Shown: one piece after another, positions 57,171-64,000 of the stretch
Position numbering within the stretch: position 1 is the first letter of the stretch
How the letters are laid out: every line of letters starts with the position of its first letter
Source: Chrysomallon squamiferum
Taxonomy: Eukaryota > Animalia > Mollusca
Assembly: GCA_012295275.1 (NCBI GenBank)
Contig: CM022665.1
Span: 43,462,001 to 43,526,000 of the forward strand
Direction of reading: 5' to 3'
Length of the DNA: 64,000 bases
Notes under the pieces: generated by a model
Told to the model about the DNA's origin: nothing
Seen by the model: only the letters and a program-made list of their open reading frames with translations
Database searches by the model: none
Translations under genes and position numbers: made by a program

Positions 57171-58313
57171 TGTAAAAAATGTGTGTGTGTTTATAGTAAA
57201 CACATGTATATGGTTGGGAATGCTTGTGAATGTGGATATTTTTTTGAACGATGTGTATGTTACCTTAATCTGAGAACTGGAGTCTGATTTTAAATATTAT
57301 ATATATATGTATTTTTTTTTTTTTTTTTTTTTAAATTGCTATATTCTTTTATGTAAAAATATTAGATTGGGTACCTTGTAACATCTGACACACACACACA
57401 CACACACCCATACAGATATAGATACATACACACAAACTTACATAGACAAATACTGCATGTATCTGTTACATACTTACAAATGCTGATAAGTGAACATCTA
57501 TTGTTTTGCTTTTTAACATTACAACAGGTCATCCATTATTTCTAAAATTTACAGTCTTTATCTCAGCTCATCTAAAGCCTGCACTTGTAAATCTACACCG
57601 AGCTTTAAATAAGAAAATAAACAATTTTTTGAAAAACAACTCTTTAGTACCATGACCGTTAATGGCTACAAAATGTCTGATCTTTATCATGCAGTCACGA
57701 AGAAAAAAACAAAACAAGAACACAACAGAATCTCTGAAATGCACTTAGTCATGTGTTATCGTTACCAAGTAGTCCTTCTCATGATACTGTCACATCAACA
57801 AGGTGCAGACTCACTTTGAAAAAAAAAAAAAAAAAAAAAAAACACGCACCCCCTGCCCCTGAAAACCCCCATCCCTGAATCCCCCCTAGAAATCTATTAA
57901 ACCAATCAAAATATAATAATAATATAATGGGATACCTGACAGGTCAGTAGCACTGGTATGACCAGCCAGCCAATCTCTCGTTCTTTTTGTTCCCACCCCC
58001 ACCTATTGCCATTCATCAGTCGGTCGGGGGGGGGGTATTGTTCGAGAGAGCTGAAGGTGGATCTGAAACAGGTGTTGTGTGGTGGTGGTGGTGGTGGGGG
58101 GGGGCTGAGGTTCCCATAGCGCTGTGTCCATTGTTTGTTTCATTGATGTTTACGATTTATTTTGCTAATAAGGGAGAAATGAATTTCGTGTGTTCTGCGT
58201 TTCTAATGTCGTTCTTTTTTGCCACCATTCTGGTTTGGTTAAGGAAAGATCTTGCATCGTTCCTGTTTATACGACCGTTATGAAAAATAAAAACATTAAT
58301 ACATAAAATGATG

Positions 58314-58359
<46 letters not shown>

Positions 58360-59718
58360 CATTCTTGTTATCCATACCACAACTTACCCATGTTTTAAAA
58401 AAAGAAGAAGAAAAAAGAAAGTATTTGCTTCTCTAATTACACCAGTACTTTGAAATCTGTTGTTTATAGACATTAGAATAAATTACTTTCTGACTGGTAG
58501 CAGGGTTCAGGGCAGTGTTTAGAAACACACCTTTGAGCAGAGAGCATTCACCTATCCACTGTCCTGTCACTGAGAGACATAGGTGTTGCACAACATTCCA
58601 CCTGTAATTTACCTGTATCACAGAAAAAACTGGTTTGCCAATGGTTTATCACCTGAAAATATTCCTTTTCCACCCAAGCCCCAACCTCAGTGATACATAC
58701 TATAAATCATCCATATTGGTTCCCCTTACAAAAACCTCTACATTACTAATTAACACGTTAGTCACCTACCCATACAACACAAGAAATGACTCCACCCTAA
58801 CCCAAACGACTTTACTCAAATGTGTCACTGAAAAGTACTGATACCTCTATACCCCTGTCTAACCAAAACTGACTGTAACAGAAAGACACATGTTACTAAC
58901 CCCATCCCAAAACCATACTGACCTTTTTACATTGGGGAAACAGTTTCTTCTGTGTCATCATATCCCTTACTGTATTGTCACAAGCAATACTGGACATTTC
59001 TCTTAATCTTTTATTTTCTTTTTTTTTAAATTATCAAAGTGTTATTTATAAGCTCTCAGTTCTGTTTACTACTCTCGTCCCTTCACTCCACTTATTTTAT
59101 TATTATTATTATTTTTTTTTTTTTCTAAACTACATTCTTGTTGACAATGGAAAATTGTTCTCTCTATCATGTTTAAAAGTCATTAATCATTCGGGTATCA
59201 TTTTCATTGCTCCTGCCTCCTTCCTCAAGAGAATGATAAATACTGGGAGTGGTTTCGTTTAATGGTTGGGTCACTGAGATGACCAGTGGTCAAATTCCGG
59301 GTCCCTGCAGGAGAATAAATAGTATTTTCATGATTTACACGGCAAGTTAAGAGTTTCGATTTCTCTTGGTTTTGTTCTGACATTGTTCAAGGGCAAGAAG
59401 GAATGGATAAGTAATGGGGGATTGTCATGTAAAGAAATATCCAGTTTTATCATTAAATGTGTCGAAATTTTCATGTGTTTTTTTCGTTCATTCTGAATTC
59501 ATTTAAAACTGTCAAAAAATATCATGATTATTATTTGTTATTGTTTTATTATTATTATTATTATTGTTATATTATTGTTGTTATTATTATTAATAAAAAT
59601 GTTTTAACTGTTTTTAATAAAACAATTCTACATCCTTATTTAAAAATAAACATATCAAAAGCATTTCCTTTTTCATTGACTTAAACTTTATTGATAATTA
59701 TTTCATAACAATTTCTTA

Positions 59719-59764
<46 letters not shown>

Positions 59765-60053
59765 GTAATAATAATAATGCATTTTCTTCTGTTTTTTTAT
59801 CCAGAATTATATCTTTGATTTTAATCAGCTTTTTCCCAAATTCTCTCTTTTAGTAAATATTAGTATTAATAGAAAATAAATGTTTAAAATAAAAATTCCA
59901 ATTTTACATTTTAAAAATGTTTCTTAAACCTTTTGTAATCCTCTTTACTAAATATTAGCAATACCATCAAATACATTTTTGAATTTCTTTGCTAATATTT
60001 ATGATTTTTTTTTTTTTTTAATTCCACTATTTCCTTCTCACCAGAATATATCA

Positions 60054-60085
<32 letters not shown>

Positions 60086-60697
60086 CTCTAATCCTGTTTA
60101 AAACCAAATATTAGTATTAATAACAAATAACCTTTTCCCTCCTGAATATATTTTCATTCCAAGAGTTATGTCTTCCTGGCTGAACTCTCCAGTTTTGTGG
60201 GTGTGTGAAAACAGAGTCATGTGGACCTAGCCAAGAACTCGAGTACAAAAATGTGGACCTCGTATTCAGACTGGACTCGAATGCTGGTCAGTTGTGGGCT
60301 GCAGAAATTGATTTCAGCCTGAGACAAACACCACCATGTGGACAGGCTGCGTTTTAACCATTCCAAACATTTCTCTTCTCTTTATCAAAAGATTATAAGC
60401 ACATGTTTTCAAAGAAGTGAATTTCTGTCGAGCACAATTTCCTGTATTGAGTCATTTGGTTGTGTTGTGAGTCTTTTTTTTTTTCAATTTCCAGATGGTA
60501 TTGTCTGTGATTTTTGTCTTTTGAGAGGGTTCTCTGTCTCTTCTGAAATTATTATTATTTTTTTTATTATTTTTATTTTTAATGTTGTTTTAAACTGTTA
60601 TTTGTATTTTTGGTAGTTCCACTTTTTTTTTTTTTTTTAATATATTTAATTAGTGCTGTGATTATTTTTTTTTTAAATATTTATTTATTTATTATTG

Positions 60698-60728
<31 letters not shown>

Positions 60729-61239
60729 TTATTATTATTATATTATTATTATTTATTTATTTATTTTATTACTTTATTTTATTTTGTTTTTGTTTGGCTT
60801 TAGTAGTTATTTTAAATTACTTATTTATTAATATTTTTAATAATAATTTGAATCCAGAATGTTGGTAACAGGTTTCTATTCTTGTATTAAGAAAAAAAAT
60901 CTAATAATTAATGTTAAAATATATTGAGAAAAAACTAAATCTTCCTTTATTCATTATTTTTTCACATCACTGGCAGGCTTAAATGCACATTCAAGCAGTA
61001 GCAGAAAAATATATGAAAGCAGGAAGTTCAGCCATTTTGTTTACAGTTGGCACTTCCATGCATTTCAACACAAAAGGATTAAAAACAAATGTTGGTTTAT
61101 TTCACAAAGTAATCGTATAAATATTTTAATATACAGTGAGGAGATGGTGGTAAACAGTGTAATGTGGACTAGACAGTGAAAAGTAAATTAATTTTGAGAT
61201 ATTTCTGTTTGTTCTGTCAATAAAACTAGACTTCAATGA

Positions 61240-61490
61240 ATAATTATCTGCAATTTGATATTTATAAAAAAAAAAAAAAAAATTAATACTCTTTAAATAT
61301 TGGATCAATACACTGTTACAACAACAAAAAACCACAAAAAAACCCCAACAAATTTAAATAAATAAAAAGAATAAAAATTAAAAAATTAAAAAGTTTTTCA
61401 AGAGCTGATATTAACTGTAAAGGCTAATTATCTGCAATTTGGTATTTATAAAAGAATTATTTTAAAACTCTTTGAGTATTGAATACACAG
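61240..61490. repeat. Diverged local duplication (AATTATCTGCAATTTGRTATTTATAAA...ACTCTTTRARTATTG..ATACAC) x2
   Basis: Copies at ~61240 and ~61425. Confidence 0.7.
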
Positions 61491-61497
61491 TATTCAT

Positions 61498-61534
<37 letters not shown>

Positions 61535-63548
61535 GTACTGCTTAATATTAGGTTTTGTAGATGATATTAATTTTAAAGCTACCATTTTTTTTTTGCATTT
61601 ACATATATATATTTTTTTAGACATCTTATACATTTTAAAAATGTTTTATTTAACTGAATCACTCCGTTTTAATCTCTTTGATATAATAAAAGATTTTCTA
61701 TCAAACAGGCTGGGTAATATAAGATATAGAGTATATTGTTTTATATTTTTTATGCAAATTTTTGTTTTCATGACATCAGTGGTTTAAATTAAAATTTAAA
61801 CTTAATTAATTAATTACAAGATAAAAACTCAACAACAAAAACCCCAAATGCACTATATTTTTTGTTTTGCTAATGAATTTAATGAAGAAAAGAGCACATA
61901 AAGCCAATTTAATCCACAAATGACCTTGTATAAACAAAAGAATAAGATGTAAGCTTTAATTAATTTTTTAAAGGAAAATAATTAGAAAAAAAAAATAACA
62001 TCTTTATCTTTTCAGTGCTACAGAATAGTAAGCCATGTTTATCTGAAACACATTTGTATGAATGAAAGATTGGACGTTAAGCTTCAATGAATTATTAATT
62101 GAAAAATAAACATTGGTGCAAATCTTTTAAACTGTTTTTGTTGGATGTTTATCAGAGCATCTATGAGATAAGCTGGAAAGATAATAAAAGGAGATTATCA
62201 AATATTTTATTAATGAACATTATTTATCAAGTTATTCATTTCCAAAATCAGGTTCGTCATCATTAACTGTCAGAATTATTATTATTTTTATTATTTTACT
62301 AATACTACCATTACTATTATTATAAATTATTATTATTATTATTATATTTTACTACTACTATTACTATAATTATAAATTATTTATTTATTTATTATTATTT
62401 AACTACTCCTACTACTGTTACTATCATTATAAATTATTATTATTATTATTATATTTTACTAGTACTACTATTATAATAAATTATTATTTATTATTGTTAT
62501 CTTCATCATTATTATAATTATTATCTTCTTTTGATCTTCCCTTCTCTTCATAAATATAACAAATAAATCAATCAAAACAGAGAATAGACAAAAAAATATT
62601 GTTGTTAAAATACATAATTCAAATGTAAAGGTAAATACTAAAACTATTACTAGTAGTAATAGTGGGTTCAAACAGAAGTTTCTAGTGTTTTTCAGTTAGG
62701 TTGTGTTTGACCACATGACTTTGTTTTCTGAAATGTATGATGTATTCTAAAACATGAACAAAATGGTATCCATATGGATCAAATAAATACTGTCACTGAA
62801 TTTCACTTAAAAATGCTATGGGCTTTTGTTACAACCCAGTACCAACAACATCAACATCATCAACAACAACAAAAACAACACAAATAACAATAACAACAAT
62901 AATAATATTGTCTGTTATTGTATTAAAGAAAACAATAATTACAACATCAACAGCAATAATAATAATAATGTTTATTGTGTAAAAATAGATTTGACAAAAG
63001 GTGAGAGTATCAGAAGGAAACTATCAGCTGTTTGTGTTAGTGAACTTCTCAAATAAAAAATCATTCATTTCGCATTGAACGTCCCACTGTTTCATTTTCG
63101 ACCGGTCTTGTACGAAATGATATGCCAGAAATGTTTTGTATTTGCAACAGGCGCTGAGAACCAGTCAATACACTGGGAATCTGTAATGGGAACCATTTAG
63201 AGCATTGATTAAAAAGAATTTCTGTCAATATTATGATGGCATGGAATGGTTTGGATCTTGTAAAAATAACGAAAAATCCACTCAATGATTGCTTTTGCAA
63301 TTGGTATTGGTTTTCTCAAATTTACAGTCCCAGGCACGCACGTGTTGTCCCCCATTCTTACAAGTGTTGACCTTGTATTGAGTTCAGAGTTCAAGGTCGG
63401 TGAATGACTTTTTCTTAGCTGCATGATGATCTGCTTCTCAGTGATTAAAGTCTGTTTTGTTTGACAACACCACTAATGTAACATCGATTAATTTTTCTAT
63501 CATCAGTGATTGGATGTTAAACATTTGTTATTCCTCTCGTGTGGCCTT

Positions 63549-63620
63549 CAGGAGAGAAACCAGCTGTATTCTGCCATTAGCAACAAGTAACCTTTTACAT
63601 GAACCTTCTCACAGATCCCA
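63549..63620 (-). mobile_element. SINE fragment, inverted
   Basis: GAGAGAAACCAGCTG...ATTAGCAACAAGTAACCTTTTACATGAACCTTCTCACAGA matches the reverse complement of the family's 3' block. Confidence 0.45.
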
Positions 63621-64000
63621 TAAGTAAATGAAAAATAAAATAAAATAAAATAAAATAAACATCTGTTGGTATTGGTATTAGACTATTACTGTTATTATTA
63701 TTATTATTATTATTATCATTATTATTTTATTACTTTATTACTTTATTATTATTATTATTATTATTATTATTGTCATCATTCATGCCTTGCTTTTCTTTAT
63801 TGTATCTTATATTATTATATTATCTAAAGTAGTATAATACTTATTACTGTTGTTATTACGTTTGCATATATTTATATTCTGTACATTCTAAGACTAAATT
63901 AAAAAAAATATGTAACATTATGTTATATGAAAAAAGTTTATTCAGGAAAGATTTACTTTTTATTTTTGGAAACGTGTGTGCGTGTTTGAACGCGTGTATA

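Noticed and set aside
63061-63424. Minus-strand peptides (IIEWIFRYFYK...SKWFPLQI) faintly like non-LTR reverse transcriptase before the QG motif
   Set aside because: It needs a frameshift and lacks the diagnostic QG and YxDD motifs, so the similarity is too weak to call. A BLASTx against Repbase or Dfam would settle it.

Overview
This window is eukaryotic (animal) genomic DNA and is almost entirely non-coding. It is very AT-rich and saturated with microsatellites ((CA)n, (CATA)n, (CT)n/(GA)n, (AAT)n, (TTTA)n, (TAATA)n), with 200-500 bp islands of complex, CpG-containing sequence in between. Essentially all ORFs in the supplied track are translations of simple repeats or chance ORFs. The only coding candidate I can support is a short + strand exon (acceptor at 1164, ATG at 1297, GTAAGT donor at 1360; MTAERTGPGTLTNLQDAVTQI), so the rest may be one very large intron or a gene desert. 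Decayed copies of one tRNA-type SINE family resemble, from memory and unverified, gastropod SINEs, suggesting a mollusc. I found no rRNA, tRNA gene, CRISPR array or recognisable miRNA. The most interesting signal is that several tandem repeats each multiply one transcription-factor motif. (i) A ~2.1-kb composite satellite (4410-6505) carries an exact gap-type heat-shock element (TTCnnGAAn7GAA) about 18 times and is followed by a CTCF-like site. (ii) A decayed ~75-bp repeat (19810-20560) has seven perfect PAR-bZIP D-boxes plus CCAAT boxes. (iii) A ~70-bp repeat (51270-51830) has TCF/CRE/DR1-like motifs. There is also an 86-bp inverted repeat spanning ~3 kb (54195-57170), RFX X-boxes and ZEB/Snail-type E2-box clusters. 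All functional interpretations are motif-based inference made by eye.
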